A stretch of 64,000 nucleotides of DNA from Syntrophobacteraceae bacterium (GCA_049520315.1 JBEKPW010000002.1:38909-102908); one strand, 5' to 3'. Positions 27,262 to 37,836 are shown, counted from the stretch's first letter. Made by a program: numbers and translations. Notes: a model not told the origin generated them from the sequence alone.

Positions 27262-27506
27262 GTTGCCTCCTGACAAGATCGGGTAATAAGGTTAGAATCA
27301 GGGTTTCATACAATGCGGTAACCTGCCGGTTGGAACCACGATTGGCTTGATCCACCGTCCTTAGCTCCTTACGCAGGATCCTGCCCTTCGCGCTCAGTAA
27401 AATTAACCAATTACACAAACTTCGACAACTGATATTTCATAAGATTTTGCTTGCGGTAGTCGCATTATCTCCCATGGGTGGCCGTTTAATGATGCAACGA
27501 ACTGAG

Positions 27507-27539
27507 GATGAGCCTGCGGACCGCTTTCGCAGGCTCATC
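27507..27539 (-). terminator. 12-bp stem hairpin just downstream of the thiolase gene (terminator or attenuator candidate)
   Basis: GATGAGCCTGCG-gaccgcttt-CGCAGGCTCATC, 6 nt past the thiolase stop. No clear U-run. Confidence 0.4.
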
Positions 27540-27544
27540 AGTCG

Positions 27545-28747
27545 TCAGGCAACTCTCTCTATGATCGTGGCCACGCCCTGGCCTCCACCCACACAGGCGT
27601 TAGCGCATCCGTAGCGTCCGCCCTTCATCTCCAGTATGCGGGCCAGGGTTCCCACGAGTCGGATACCGGTGGCTCCCAGGGCATGCCCAATGGCAACTCC
27701 GCCGCCCATCACATTGACCTTGTCCGGATCGAGCCCCAGTTCTTTGATGCAGTTAAGAGCTACAATGGAGAATGCCTCATTTATCTCCCAGTAATCGACA
27801 TCTTTGGCTTGCAGCCCCGCCTTTTGAAGGGCTTTTTGGCTGGCGGGCACGGGTCCTTCGCCCATGATGGTGGGGTCCACGCCCGCGAACCCGATGGACT
27901 TTACGGTGGCCAGAGGCTTGATTCCTTTTGCCTGTGCCGTCTCCTTGGACATCAATATCATTGATGAGGCCGCCGCATTAAGGGGCGATGAATTCCCTGC
28001 CGTAATCTGGTGGTCCTTCTTGTAAGCAGGTTTCAGTTCCGCCAGACCTTTGAGCGTCGTGTCGGCTCGCACCGCCTGATCCGTTTTCACGGTAATGACC
28101 GTACCGTCTGCCTGTACCGCCTCAATGGGCAGTATCTCACCATCGAAGAAGCCCTCTGATTGGGCCTTTGCGGCCAGTTGGTGAGATCGCAGAGCCCATT
28201 TGTCCATATCTTCCCTGGTCAGGCCTGATTGAGCGAGCAGCTTTTGAGCGGTAAGTCCCATGTTCATGGTTGTCATCATGTCCCAGTGCAAGTACTCAGG
28301 GGCCGCGACCAGCGCCAGGTTGGCGGCGATCAGTCCACCTTCTGTGGTCGATTGTCCCATGGGAACCCTCGTCATGTGCTCCATTCCTCCCACCATGACG
28401 ATGTCCGCGTTGTTGGTGGCAACTTCCAGAAAACCCATATGAATGGCAGCCATGGAAGAACCACATTGCTGGTCTACGAATTTGGCTGCAACGGTTTTGG
28501 GGAAGTTGGCCAAAAAAATCGGTATGCGGCCTCCGTAGACCCATTGTTCGCCAACCGCTGTGGCGCACCCTACGATGAAATCCTCGATTTCTTCCGGTTG
28601 GATTCCCGTTCTCTTGGCCAGTTCGGGGAGTAACTTGGCCAAGAGTTCATCGGCTCTTATTCTGCCGAATACGTCTCTGGCCGGGTCCCTCGGCCGGCAG
28701 CGGGATTGAGCGGTCCTAAGGTATCCTGCAATGACCACTTCTCTCAT
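27545..28747 (-). CDS. Acetyl-CoA C-acyltransferase (thiolase)
   Basis: GGAGGCAACAT before ATG 28747. Active-site regions QQCGSSM and C-terminal NACVGGGQG. Confidence 0.9.
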   Translation of the reverse strand: MREVVIAGYLRTAQSRCRPRDPARDVFGRIRADELLAKLLPELAKRTGIQPEEIEDFIVGCATAVGEQWVYGGRIPIFLANFPKTVAAKFVDQQCGSSMAAIHMGFLEVATNNADIVMVGGMEHMTRVPMGQSTTEGGLIAANLALVAAPEYLHWDMMTTMNMGLTAQKLLAQSGLTREDMDKWALRSHQLAAKAQSEGFFDGEILPIEAVQADGTVITVKTDQAVRADTTLKGLAELKPAYKKDHQITAGNSSPLNAAASSMILMSKETAQAKGIKPLATVKSIGFAGVDPTIMGEGPVPASQKALQKAGLQAKDVDYWEINEAFSIVALNCIKELGLDPDKVNVMGGGVAIGHALGATGIRLVGTLARILEMKGGRYGCANACVGGGQGVATIIERVA

Positions 28748-28833
28748 ATGTTGCCTCCTTTGTAATGAGTGAGTTAGGGCAGGGGAGCGTGGGGTGGGTC
28801 GGAGTAGCCCTTCCATGCCCGCCAGAATCGAAC

Positions 28834-30642
28834 TCAGTCGTCGAAAACAGCGCTTTTCATCTCCAATGTCAGTCCGTCGGACTCCATGAGCCTCGACGCC
28901 AACCCGTAGATCTTTGGCACTTCATAATGGAAGAAGTACCGCATGGTACAAAGCTTGCCTTCATAAAACTGTCTGTCTACATCGGAGCATTCACTTTCAT
29001 CCATTCCCTTACAGGCGGCCAGCCCCTGAGCCAGCCACTGCCATGCAATCGCAATAGTTCCGAAAAATTCAAGGTAAAGAGTTGCATCCGCCAGGAACCT
29101 CTCCGTGTCTCCCTTCATGGCAAGTTGCACCAGGTGCATGGTGACACTCTGAAGTTTTTCCAATGCTTGTCTAAGTCGATCCGAATAAGGTTTGAGTACT
29201 TCGCGGGACGCGGCGGCCCCGATCACGGCCTGAACCTCCTCCAGATAAAGCCGCAAAGCCCTGCCGTCCTTCATGATGACTTTACGCCCAAGCAGGTCCA
29301 TGCCCTGAATACCGGTGGTGCCCTCATGAATGGGATGTATTCTCATGTCGCGGTAGTATTGTTCCAAGGGGTATTCCTGGCAGTATCCATAACCGCCAAG
29401 AATCTGGAGCCCCTGACTTACCGACATAACTCCAGTCTCCGAGGGGTAACTCTTCGCCACGGGGGTCAGCAAGTCGAGTAACAGCTCGTACCGTTCCCTT
29501 TGCTCGGCATTCTCTGTCCTCGCCAGGTCGGAGTACATGGCGCACTGGAGAATCACGGATAAAGAACCCTCCGTGACCGCCCTTTGAAAGAGCAGCATTC
29601 TCCTGATGTCAGCGTGTTCGATAATGGGAATCTGAGGGAGCGTCGGGTCCTTGCTTGACAGCCTTCTGCCCTGCGGCCTCTCCCTGGCATATTCCAAAGA
29701 AGCGTAATATGCCGCCGAAGCAACGGCAGTAGCCTGCATACCCACACCTATCCGCGCCTCATTCATCATTTGAAACATATAAGAGAGACCCTTGTGTGGT
29801 TGGCCTACGAGATATCCCCGGCAATCGTCATTTTCCCCAAAACTGAGCTGGGTAATCGGACAGCCCCGATAGCCCATCTTGTGATAAACCGTGGTCACGG
29901 TCACGTCGTTGGATTCAAGGGTCCCATCACTTTTGAGCCTCTTCTTGGGCACCAGGAAAAGAGAGATGCCCTTGGCGCCAGGCGGTGATCCCTTGATTTT
30001 GACCAGCACCATGTGGACGACATTCTCCACGCCGTCATGATCTCCGGCGGAGATGAAAATTTTTTGTCCCCGGATCTTGTAATATCCCTGGTCCGTTGGC
30101 TCCGCCTGAGTGGTGATGTCCGAAAGAGAGCTTCCGGCCTGAGGCTCGGTGAGGGCCATCGTCCCCTGCCACTCTCCCGCCAGCATCCTGGGGGTGTAGG
30201 TTTCTATCAGCTCACTAGTTCCGAAAGACAGAATCAGATGGGCCGCCCCCGAGGTCAAACCCGAATAAGCACTGGCGGCAAAATTGGCAGCGGCAAATGC
30301 GTATTCGCAAACCTGGCTCACGGTGACCGGCAATTGCTGGCCGCCCACATCGTAGGGCATGGACGAAGAGATCCATCCGCCCTCTCCCCACTCCTTCATC
30401 ATGGTCTTGACCATAGGATGGACTTTTACCTGGCCGTCTTCGAAAACCGGAGGCTTTTCGTCCATTTCCTTCAAGTATGGATACATCACGTTACGGGCTA
30501 ACCTGAGGGCCGTATTCACCACGAGGTCATATGTCTCCCGATTGTGATCTTCATAATAAGGTAAGCTGGAAAGCCGCTCCACATCATGCACTTCGTAGAG
30601 CATGAAATCCAGGTTCCGCTCGCTGACAAATTTTTTCGCCAT
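28834..30642 (-). CDS. Acyl-CoA dehydrogenase (long form with extra C-terminal domain)
   Basis: 602 aa. ACAD middle and C-terminal domain motifs (ALTEPQAGSSLSD, QILGGYGYCQEYPLEQYYRD). Confidence 0.85.
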   Translation of the reverse strand: MAKKFVSERNLDFMLYEVHDVERLSSLPYYEDHNRETYDLVVNTALRLARNVMYPYLKEMDEKPPVFEDGQVKVHPMVKTMMKEWGEGGWISSSMPYDVGGQQLPVTVSQVCEYAFAAANFAASAYSGLTSGAAHLILSFGTSELIETYTPRMLAGEWQGTMALTEPQAGSSLSDITTQAEPTDQGYYKIRGQKIFISAGDHDGVENVVHMVLVKIKGSPPGAKGISLFLVPKKRLKSDGTLESNDVTVTTVYHKMGYRGCPITQLSFGENDDCRGYLVGQPHKGLSYMFQMMNEARIGVGMQATAVASAAYYASLEYARERPQGRRLSSKDPTLPQIPIIEHADIRRMLLFQRAVTEGSLSVILQCAMYSDLARTENAEQRERYELLLDLLTPVAKSYPSETGVMSVSQGLQILGGYGYCQEYPLEQYYRDMRIHPIHEGTTGIQGMDLLGRKVIMKDGRALRLYLEEVQAVIGAAASREVLKPYSDRLRQALEKLQSVTMHLVQLAMKGDTERFLADATLYLEFFGTIAIAWQWLAQGLAACKGMDESECSDVDRQFYEGKLCTMRYFFHYEVPKIYGLASRLMESDGLTLEMKSAVFDD

Positions 30643-30653
30643 TCAGTCCTCCG

Positions 30654-32783
30654 TTAAGCCGGGTAAAAGGTCTTACCTGATTGGGCCATCTGTTTCAATA
30701 ACGCCGCCGGCTGGAACCTCATTCCGTACTGCTTTTCGAGTTCAACCAGTCTGTCGTAGACCTTGGCGACGCCCCACTTGTCGGCATAGCGTAATATACC
30801 GCCCCGATAAGGTGGAAATCCGGTGCCATAGATCATTGCAAGGTCCATGTCCTGCGGCCTGTCACAAACTCCCTCCTGCATCATCAGCGCCGCCTCGTTA
30901 ATAGCCAGGGCAAGCATATCGTCGATTATCTCCTGTTCCGGCATCTCCCTGGGAGAAACCCCTTTCGAGTCCAGGTAATTTTGAACACAATCCACTACCT
31001 TCTTGTTAGGCACGGGCTTGTCTCCGCTGTAATCCATGTAGCCGGCTCCGGTTTTTCTTCCGTAACAGCCTGTCTGGTAGACCAGCTCCGTGAGCGGGTG
31101 CATCTCGTATCTTTCCCCCAGCCTTTTCTCGAAAGTCTTATTTACGTGATAATTGATGTCGATACCGGTGAGATCGGCAAGCTCCGCCGGGCCCATGGGC
31201 ATACCGAAATTCTTCATTGCCTTTTCTATCTTGAAGCCATTTACGCCATCGGCGGTCAGGTAGACGGATCCTCCGAACAGGCCTCCAAGCTGTCTCGACA
31301 CGTAGAACCCGGGCGCATCGTTTACCACGATGGGCACCTTCCTGATCGCACGTGCGAAAGCTACGGAGGTGGCCAGGGTCTGGTCGGAAGTCTTTTCCCC
31401 GCAAATGATCTCCAAAAGCATCATGCGATGGGCGGGGTTGAAGAAATGAAGTCCGATCATGCGTCCAGGATCGTTGAGCACTGAAGCTATTTCGGTAATC
31501 GGCAGAGCTGAGGTGTTGGTGCCAAATACAGTGTCGGGCCTGCAGATCCCTTCGAGCTTCTTCCAGATATCCTGTTTGATGCTCATGTTCTCGAGCACGG
31601 CTTCTATGATGAGATCGGCGTCTTTTGCGTCCTCGAGTGACGTAGTCGCTTTGAGCTGCCTATTCAGCATTGCATCTAAATCGGCCGGGGTCATCTTCTT
31701 CTTCTTCAAGGCGTAATCGAAAGTCTTTTTGACAGCCGCCACGCCTTTGTCCACAGCCTCCTGGTTAATGTCCCACAGGACCGTTTCAAATCCGCCTGTG
31801 AGCAAAAGATTGACGATTGCCGATCCCATTACCCCGCCGCCAAGCATCACGGCCCTCTTGATCCGGGCTGGTTGAATACCCTCGATGCGTGGAAGTCGGC
31901 CTGCAGCCCTGGTATTCAAAAATATGCCGATCAGGTTTTTCGCGATATCTGAAAGGGCGCAATCGGCAAATATATCGGCTTCCCGCAGGAGATCGGCTTC
32001 AATGTTGGGCGTCAAGCCTTGTTCCACGGCTTCGATCACTTTGAAGGGGGCCAGGTATCCTTTGGCTTTGCTCATAGCCATGAATTTGGCGGCGTTCGCC
32101 ATAGCCTTTAGCTCGGCCGCGCTTGGAAGCCGGGAATTTCTGTTGCGCGTTCGCCTGTTCTCAAGTGAAATTTCACCCGAGATAAATTTGTTGGCTGCCG
32201 CCACCGCTGCCTGCACGAGGTTCTCCGGGTCCACCACCTCATCGATGAGCCGTCTTGACAGGCCCTGTTCAGCACCGATAGGGTCCCCCACGGTCATCAT
32301 CTCCAGGGCATTGAACAGACCTATGAGCCTGGGCAGACGCTGGGTCCCACCCGCGCCGGGTATAAGCCCCACCTTAACCTCGGGTTGTCCGAGCTGGACG
32401 CCGTCGGCAGCGACCCTGTAATGACATGCCATTGAAATTTCGAGCCCTCCCCCGAGCGCATTACCATTGATGGCTGCAATCACAGGCTTGGGGCCCATCT
32501 CGATCTGGTTGAGAAAGCCTGAAAAACCCACCACCCCGGGCAACAGCACATCTTTTTCCTTGACTTTATAAACCCCCTTGAGATCTGCGCCTGCTATGAA
32601 GTTTTTCCCAGTGCCCGTAAGCACAATCGCTTTGACCTCCGAATCCTGGAAGCCGCTGGAAACAGCCTCGACCAGCTCAAGTACGAAGTGTTCCGAGAGC
32701 TGGTTTACCGGCGGATTGTTCATGAAAAGCACTGCCACACCATGTTGAATTTCTACCCTCACATTATTGAAGTCAGTCTTCAT
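30654..32783 (-). CDS. Fused enoyl-CoA hydratase / 3-hydroxyacyl-CoA dehydrogenase (FadB/FadJ-like)
   Basis: N-terminal crotonase fold ([23 protein letters not shown]) plus an NAD-binding HAD domain ([12 protein letters not shown]). Confidence 0.9.
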   Translation of the reverse strand: MKTDFNNVRVEIQHGVAVLFMNNPPVNQLSEHFVLELVEAVSSGFQDSEVKAIVLTGTGKNFIAGADLKGVYKVKEKDVLLPGVVGFSGFLNQIEMGPKPVIAAINGNALGGGLEISMACHYRVAADGVQLGQPEVKVGLIPGAGGTQRLPRLIGLFNALEMMTVGDPIGAEQGLSRRLIDEVVDPENLVQAAVAAANKFISGEISLENRRTRNRNSRLPSAAELKAMANAAKFMAMSKAKGYLAPFKVIEAVEQGLTPNIEADLLREADIFADCALSDIAKNLIGIFLNTRAAGRLPRIEGIQPARIKRAVMLGGGVMGSAIVNLLLTGGFETVLWDINQEAVDKGVAAVKKTFDYALKKKKMTPADLDAMLNRQLKATTSLEDAKDADLIIEAVLENMSIKQDIWKKLEGICRPDTVFGTNTSALPITEIASVLNDPGRMIGLHFFNPAHRMMLLEIICGEKTSDQTLATSVAFARAIRKVPIVVNDAPGFYVSRQLGGLFGGSVYLTADGVNGFKIEKAMKNFGMPMGPAELADLTGIDINYHVNKTFEKRLGERYEMHPLTELVYQTGCYGRKTGAGYMDYSGDKPVPNKKVVDCVQNYLDSKGVSPREMPEQEIIDDMLALAINEAALMMQEGVCDRPQDMDLAMIYGTGFPPYRGGILRYADKWGVAKVYDRLVELEKQYGMRFQPAALLKQMAQSGKTFYPA

Positions 32784-32854
32784 CCTCGTTCACTCCTTTC
32801 GCCCGGCGCGGTCGCTGGCATTCGTCGCTCGTGACCCGACAAGGTACATCACCA

Positions 32855-34078
32855 TTAAGTCCTTTCACTAAGAGTCGCCGCGATCGCTGATGTCAAAAGC
32901 TCAGTTACCTGCTCAATTTCTTCAGCCTTGTCCACCTGGGCGGATTCGCTTAATACCAACCATCGCGTGGACATGTGAATAAAAGCCCCGAAAAACATGT
33001 TGCGGAAAACTCGGGCATTAATGGTCGGTCGAAAAACACCCGCAGCCTTGCCCTCCTCTATGATGTCCTCGATTAGTCTGCAGTAGCTGCGAAATATTTC
33101 AAAGGCCTTGGACGTGTAAAACTTATCGCTCGCATGAAGCCGCATGAGAAACAATTTCAGAAACTCGCGGTCGCTCAGAAAGCGCGAAAAATGGTACTTG
33201 ATCAGTCTTCGAAGCTTTCGATCTGGGCTCTTGATATCGAACGCTCCGCCGACTTGGGCCAGATAAGAGCCGAGTTGATCTTCTGCTATGGCAAGAAGAA
33301 TATCTTCCTTGGATTGAAAGTATTCGTATATTGTCCCATCGGCCACGCCCGCCAAACTGGCTATCTCCGATATGGTCGCCTTGGCAAAATCTTTTTGCGC
33401 AAAGATTTTTTTTGCTGCGTCGATGATGGCGTCCAAGCGGTTCACCCGGTGTCCTTCCGGCGGTCCTTTTGCCTCGACCATCGCATCCACCAGGTTCACG
33501 ACATCTTCAAAATCCGACACGCCTAATGCCACTTCGCCGGTTGTCAGGGAACTAATGGTTTCCATGTCCAGAGTCCCCAGCACCACATCACGAATGAGCC
33601 GAATCGGAATATCCGAGCGAAATCTTCCCTCTTTAACTCCTCGAGCCAATATCGAGGACACCATGCGAGTATATTCACGAACTATTTCATAAGAAGGGCT
33701 GGAATAGTAGGCTTCAATTGAGCGGCATTCCATGAGCAGCAACCGAGCGTAACCCCTGTTTATGTCGTGATACTGCAGTTGCATCCATATCACCTTTCGC
33801 AGTTGGCTTAGCACGTCCGGAATTCCAGCGAGATGCTCCTTTAACTGCGCATTTTGTTTCTTTAATTTTTCCCCGGGCACGGAGAAAAGAAGGTCTTGTT
33901 TGCTCTTGAAATACAGGTATATGACCGAATTTGCCACATTGGCCTTACGGGCGATTTCAGATATCAATGAAGATGAAAAGCCCTTCTGCGACATAACTTC
34001 TTCGGCTGCCGCCAAAATTTTCCACTTCGTCGCAGAAGCCGAGCTATTTCGTACGTTTTGCTTCAACGTCGTTTGCAT
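32855..34078 (-). CDS. Tandem (fused double) TetR-family transcriptional regulator
   Basis: Two complete TetR HTH regions in one chain: SLISEIARKANVANSVIYLYFKSKQDLL and ATISEIASLAGVADGTIYEYFQSKEDIL. Start set at ATG 34078, with weak RBS support. Confidence 0.75.
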   Translation of the reverse strand: MQTTLKQNVRNSSASATKWKILAAAEEVMSQKGFSSSLISEIARKANVANSVIYLYFKSKQDLLFSVPGEKLKKQNAQLKEHLAGIPDVLSQLRKVIWMQLQYHDINRGYARLLLMECRSIEAYYSSPSYEIVREYTRMVSSILARGVKEGRFRSDIPIRLIRDVVLGTLDMETISSLTTGEVALGVSDFEDVVNLVDAMVEAKGPPEGHRVNRLDAIIDAAKKIFAQKDFAKATISEIASLAGVADGTIYEYFQSKEDILLAIAEDQLGSYLAQVGGAFDIKSPDRKLRRLIKYHFSRFLSDREFLKLFLMRLHASDKFYTSKAFEIFRSYCRLIEDIIEEGKAAGVFRPTINARVFRNMFFGAFIHMSTRWLVLSESAQVDKAEEIEQVTELLTSAIAATLSERT

Positions 34079-34530
34079 AATCGCTGACCGACCGTTCCTG
34101 AATGAATAATGTTCAATGATGAAAAGTGGTGAAAGGGGAAAGTCTTCCGAGCTTGACAAACATAAATTTAGCATGGTAGGAGTATCATTGTAAAGAATAT
34201 TTTTTTTCCGAATAGAATTCTGAACATCGGCTGCTTTTTGAAGTAAAGCGTTTAAGATGGCCAGTTTGCGGTGAATTTTCGGCATGGGTACTTCCAGGGC
34301 CGCACTGAGTTTCTTGCCTTAATCCGGGCAATTTGGTCAAAATAGTAACTAAAATAAGGCTCGTATTCTTCAGTCACCGAATGGTATTCTGTGAAACCAT
34401 TTTGCCCGAACACTTCTGATTTGGCCCAAAAAGGGTAGAACCGGGCTAACATTCCAGCGTTTCTTTGGATAGCGCTCCTGTCTTCTTGATAAGAACATTC
34501 GAAGAGGTTGACGGGAGTGAGGAGGCATGC

Positions 34531-35367
34531 ATGATTGATTTGGAGCTGATTGGCAGGAAATGTGGCCCTATCCCATTCGAGTACACGTGGAAAGATGTTG
34601 TCTTGTATGCGCTTGGCATCGGGGCGCAGACGGATGAACTCCCATTTATTTACGAGAATGCTGAAGGCGGGCTAAAGGTCTTCCCGAGCTTTGCCACTGT
34701 CATGTGTAGCGGCTTGTCTGCCGCACTCTTCAAGGATGTCAAGGTCGACCGTTCCAGATTTGTTCACGGGGAAGAAGCGCTAAGACTTCATAGGGCGATT
34801 CCACCTGGGGGGAAAGCCTTCGTCGAAGGAGAAATCACAAATATTTACGACAAGGTCAAAGGAGCGGTGATTATCTGGCGCATGAAGATCATGACTGAGA
34901 CGGGTGAGCTTTTGGCTGAGGGCGAACACGGCATCTTTTATATGGGCGCCGGGGGCTTCGGTGGGGACCCCGGACCCAAGGCCGAAGCGCTTGAGACTCC
35001 CGAAGGGATACAGCCGGATTTTGCCGCCTCATATTTCATTCCGGAAAACCAGGCGGCGCTGTACCGCCTGAACGGCGACCTCAACCCTTTGCACCTGGAC
35101 CCGGATTTTGCCAGGATGGGAGGTTTTCCCCGCCCAATCCTGCATGGTCTGTGCACTTACGGGCACGCAGCGAGAGCCATAGTCCTCAACGCTTGCGACG
35201 GAGATGCGGCGCGCCTAAAGGAGTTCAGTGCCCGTTTCTCGGGGTTGGTCTATCCCGGCGACACTCTTGTGACAGAGGGATGGAAGGATAAGGGTAGTCG
35301 TTACCTTATACGTTCCCGCACCGGCCGCGGCGTGGTGCTAAGCCAGGCTTACGCCTGCGTTGAGTAA
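34531..35367 (+). CDS. MaoC-like (R)-specific enoyl-CoA hydratase, double hot-dog
   Basis: GAGGAGG RBS. Hydratase-2 motif YRLNGDLNPLHLDPDFA in the C-terminal half. Confidence 0.85.
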   Translation: MIDLELIGRKCGPIPFEYTWKDVVLYALGIGAQTDELPFIYENAEGGLKVFPSFATVMCSGLSAALFKDVKVDRSRFVHGEEALRLHRAIPPGGKAFVEGEITNIYDKVKGAVIIWRMKIMTETGELLAEGEHGIFYMGAGGFGGDPGPKAEALETPEGIQPDFAASYFIPENQAALYRLNGDLNPLHLDPDFARMGGFPRPILHGLCTYGHAARAIVLNACDGDAARLKEFSARFSGLVYPGDTLVTEGWKDKGSRYLIRSRTGRGVVLSQAYACVE

Positions 35368-35392
35368 CGGAAGATGACTCGGCGGCGTCATC

Positions 35393-35466
35393 AAGGAGCA
35401 GGGAGCAGGGAGCAGGGAGCAGGAAGTTTTTCGCTTCCAGCTTCTTACTTCTCGCTCCTCGCTTCC
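35393..35466 (+). terminator. Long imperfect hairpin built from octamer repeats, after the MaoC gene
   Basis: AAGGAGCAGGGAGCAGGGAGCAGGGAGCAGGAAG-tttttc-GCTTCCAGCTTCTTACTTCTCGCTCCTCGCTTCC. Many arm mismatches read as G:U pairs in the + strand RNA. Confidence 0.5.
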
Positions 35467-35781
35467 ATGCCAGCCGGGGTCGAAGTTAACAGGGAACTGA
35501 AATAATCTGCGCCAACGCTTTTCCTCTTTCACTCTTCCTCGCGCAGCGATGCGGCCTCACAAAAAATCGGCCGCGAACTTGAAGCGTTTCACATGCTTAC
35601 TCAGCGGTAACCGCGAACCCGAAACCTAGTGAGGGTTCACCAAAAGGAATTATTCTTACTATGCCTGCCGCTTTGTAAATTCCGCTCACCAAAAATGATG
35701 ATAATTCCGAATAGCAAATTGCAGGAGCAGGGATCGTCCTTTGCGGATCATCCCATAGCCGGCATTGTGAAAGGAGTGCAA

Positions 35782-37521
35782 ATGAACGTTTTAAGAAGAG
35801 TCTTTTTGAAGTTCTGCGCTGGTTGCGCAGCCGCCCTTGGGCTGGAGTTATCGGCTCCAGGGACACTGGAGAAGGTGCTTGCTGCCGGGGGAAGCCCCCC
35901 CGCGCCATCGTGCCCGATTGCTTTCGATGTTTTTACCACGCTCCGGAGAGCGGTCATGCCTGATCCACCTTCGGGTTCGGAGAAGATTCTTCCTAATGAG
36001 GTTTCAAAATACAAGCAAAACGGCTATGGCAACTGGCATTACGCATCGGGTATCGATTGCGTCAAGAGGCTCGACATCGTGCCGGCCACTTATAACAGTG
36101 CATCTGCCGCTAATTCTGCAAGACTTTTAAGTTTCTTTACCATAACCGACATCCATATCACCGACAAAGAATCTCCTACCCAGGCGATCTATCTTGGCCT
36201 CAAAGACGGTGTCAGTTCGGCATATTCTGCGGTTATGCTGTATACGACTCATGTTCTCGACGCCGCAGTACAGACGATAAACGCCATTCACAAACAAAAT
36301 CCGATTGATTTCGGTATTTCTCTGGGCGACACCTGCAACAACACACAGTACAACGAACTAAGGTGGTACGTCGATGTTCTGGACGGCAAGGTCATCACCC
36401 CAAGCTCCGGTGCTCATGCCGGCGCCGGCGCCATCGATTATCAGAAACCTTACAAGGCGGCAGGACTTGATAAGACGATCCCCTGGTATCAGGCTCTGGG
36501 CAACCACGATCATTTCTGGATGGGGACAAACCCTGTGAGCGATTACCTCCGGCAGGCCTATATCGGCGAAGATATCCTCAAAATGGGAGATATACTCACC
36601 GACCCTGACGGCATAAACAAGCGTGATTTCTATATGGGTGTACTCGACTGCCGGACGCCTTACGGTGACATTATAGGTGCGGGGCCTGTGGGTAGCACAA
36701 ACGCTCCGAAGATTGCATCCGATCCGGACCGCCGTTCACTTTCGATAAAGCAGTGGATGAGCGAATTTTTTGCAACATCTTCAACTCCGGCAGGTCACGG
36801 TTTCAACCAGTCAAATCTCGACAACGGCTTTGCCAGTTACAGCTTCGAGCCGAGGTCGAATATACCGATCAAGGTTATCGTGCTCGACGATACTCAAAGG
36901 GAAGACGATGTCGATTTTCACGGCTATGGGCATGGGTCTCTTGATAATGCGCGTTATGACTGGCTTGTAAGTGAACTTGATAAGGGACAGGCTGAAGGCA
37001 AGCTCATGATCATCGCTGCGCACGTACCGATAGGTGTCGAAAAGCCGGAATCTTTTCTCGGTTGGTGGTCCAAATCTTCTGTATCCGAGAAGACGCTGTT
37101 TGACACACTGCATAGATATCCGAATCTCATTCTGTGGATTGCGGGGCATCGTCATCTAAATGCAGTTACCGCATTTAAGTCGCCTGATGAGGCCCGTCCT
37201 GAACTCGGCTTCTGGCAGATTGAAACCTCATCATTAAGGGATTTCCCGCAGCAGTTCCGTATTTTCGACATTGTTCGCAACAGCGACAATACAGTTTCAA
37301 TCTTTACGACCGACGTCGATCCGGCAGTCAAAGACGGGTCGTTAGCTGCTGTATCGCGTTCTTATGGAATCGCGGCTCACCAGCTATACTCGAAGACGCT
37401 GTCGTCGAGTCCGGAACTGTCCGGACCGGCTACCGGTTCGTACAACGCAGAGCTTGTCATACAATTGAGCCCTGAAATGCAGACGAAAATTCAGAACTGT
37501 GGAACACCGATACGCACGTAA
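35782..37521 (+). CDS. Tat-exported calcineurin-like metallophosphoesterase with long inserts
   Basis: AAAGGAG RBS. Twin-arginine motif LRRVFLKF. MPE motifs ITDIHITD, GDTCNN, GNHD, AAHVP, GHRH. Confidence 0.8.
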   Translation: MNVLRRVFLKFCAGCAAALGLELSAPGTLEKVLAAGGSPPAPSCPIAFDVFTTLRRAVMPDPPSGSEKILPNEVSKYKQNGYGNWHYASGIDCVKRLDIVPATYNSASAANSARLLSFFTITDIHITDKESPTQAIYLGLKDGVSSAYSAVMLYTTHVLDAAVQTINAIHKQNPIDFGISLGDTCNNTQYNELRWYVDVLDGKVITPSSGAHAGAGAIDYQKPYKAAGLDKTIPWYQALGNHDHFWMGTNPVSDYLRQAYIGEDILKMGDILTDPDGINKRDFYMGVLDCRTPYGDIIGAGPVGSTNAPKIASDPDRRSLSIKQWMSEFFATSSTPAGHGFNQSNLDNGFASYSFEPRSNIPIKVIVLDDTQREDDVDFHGYGHGSLDNARYDWLVSELDKGQAEGKLMIIAAHVPIGVEKPESFLGWWSKSSVSEKTLFDTLHRYPNLILWIAGHRHLNAVTAFKSPDEARPELGFWQIETSSLRDFPQQFRIFDIVRNSDNTVSIFTTDVDPAVKDGSLAAVSRSYGIAAHQLYSKTLSSSPELSGPATGSYNAELVIQLSPEMQTKIQNCGTPIRT

Positions 37522-37836
37522 TTTGTTAAATTAAATGTCTGAGCAGCTCAAAACGTTTGGGACGGTTAGGAAGGGTTCAAACGGAAGTTTTGCGCGAAAA
37601 AAGGCTCAACGAGGCAGAGAAATACTGCAAGTTGAGCCATTTGACTAAAATCCTGTAAATCCCGTCCAAATCCCGCCTGTTCCCGATTGCAATTTGGGGA
37701 TGAGTCAACTGTACTTCAGGCGGTGCCGGCAAAAATGTCAACCCGGGACCTCGTGTGGCTATTTATTTGAATAAGAGGCGGCATTACTTTAATTTGCCGA
37801 TAAAAGAGCATTTCCGGAGGTCAAAAGGAGGAGACA

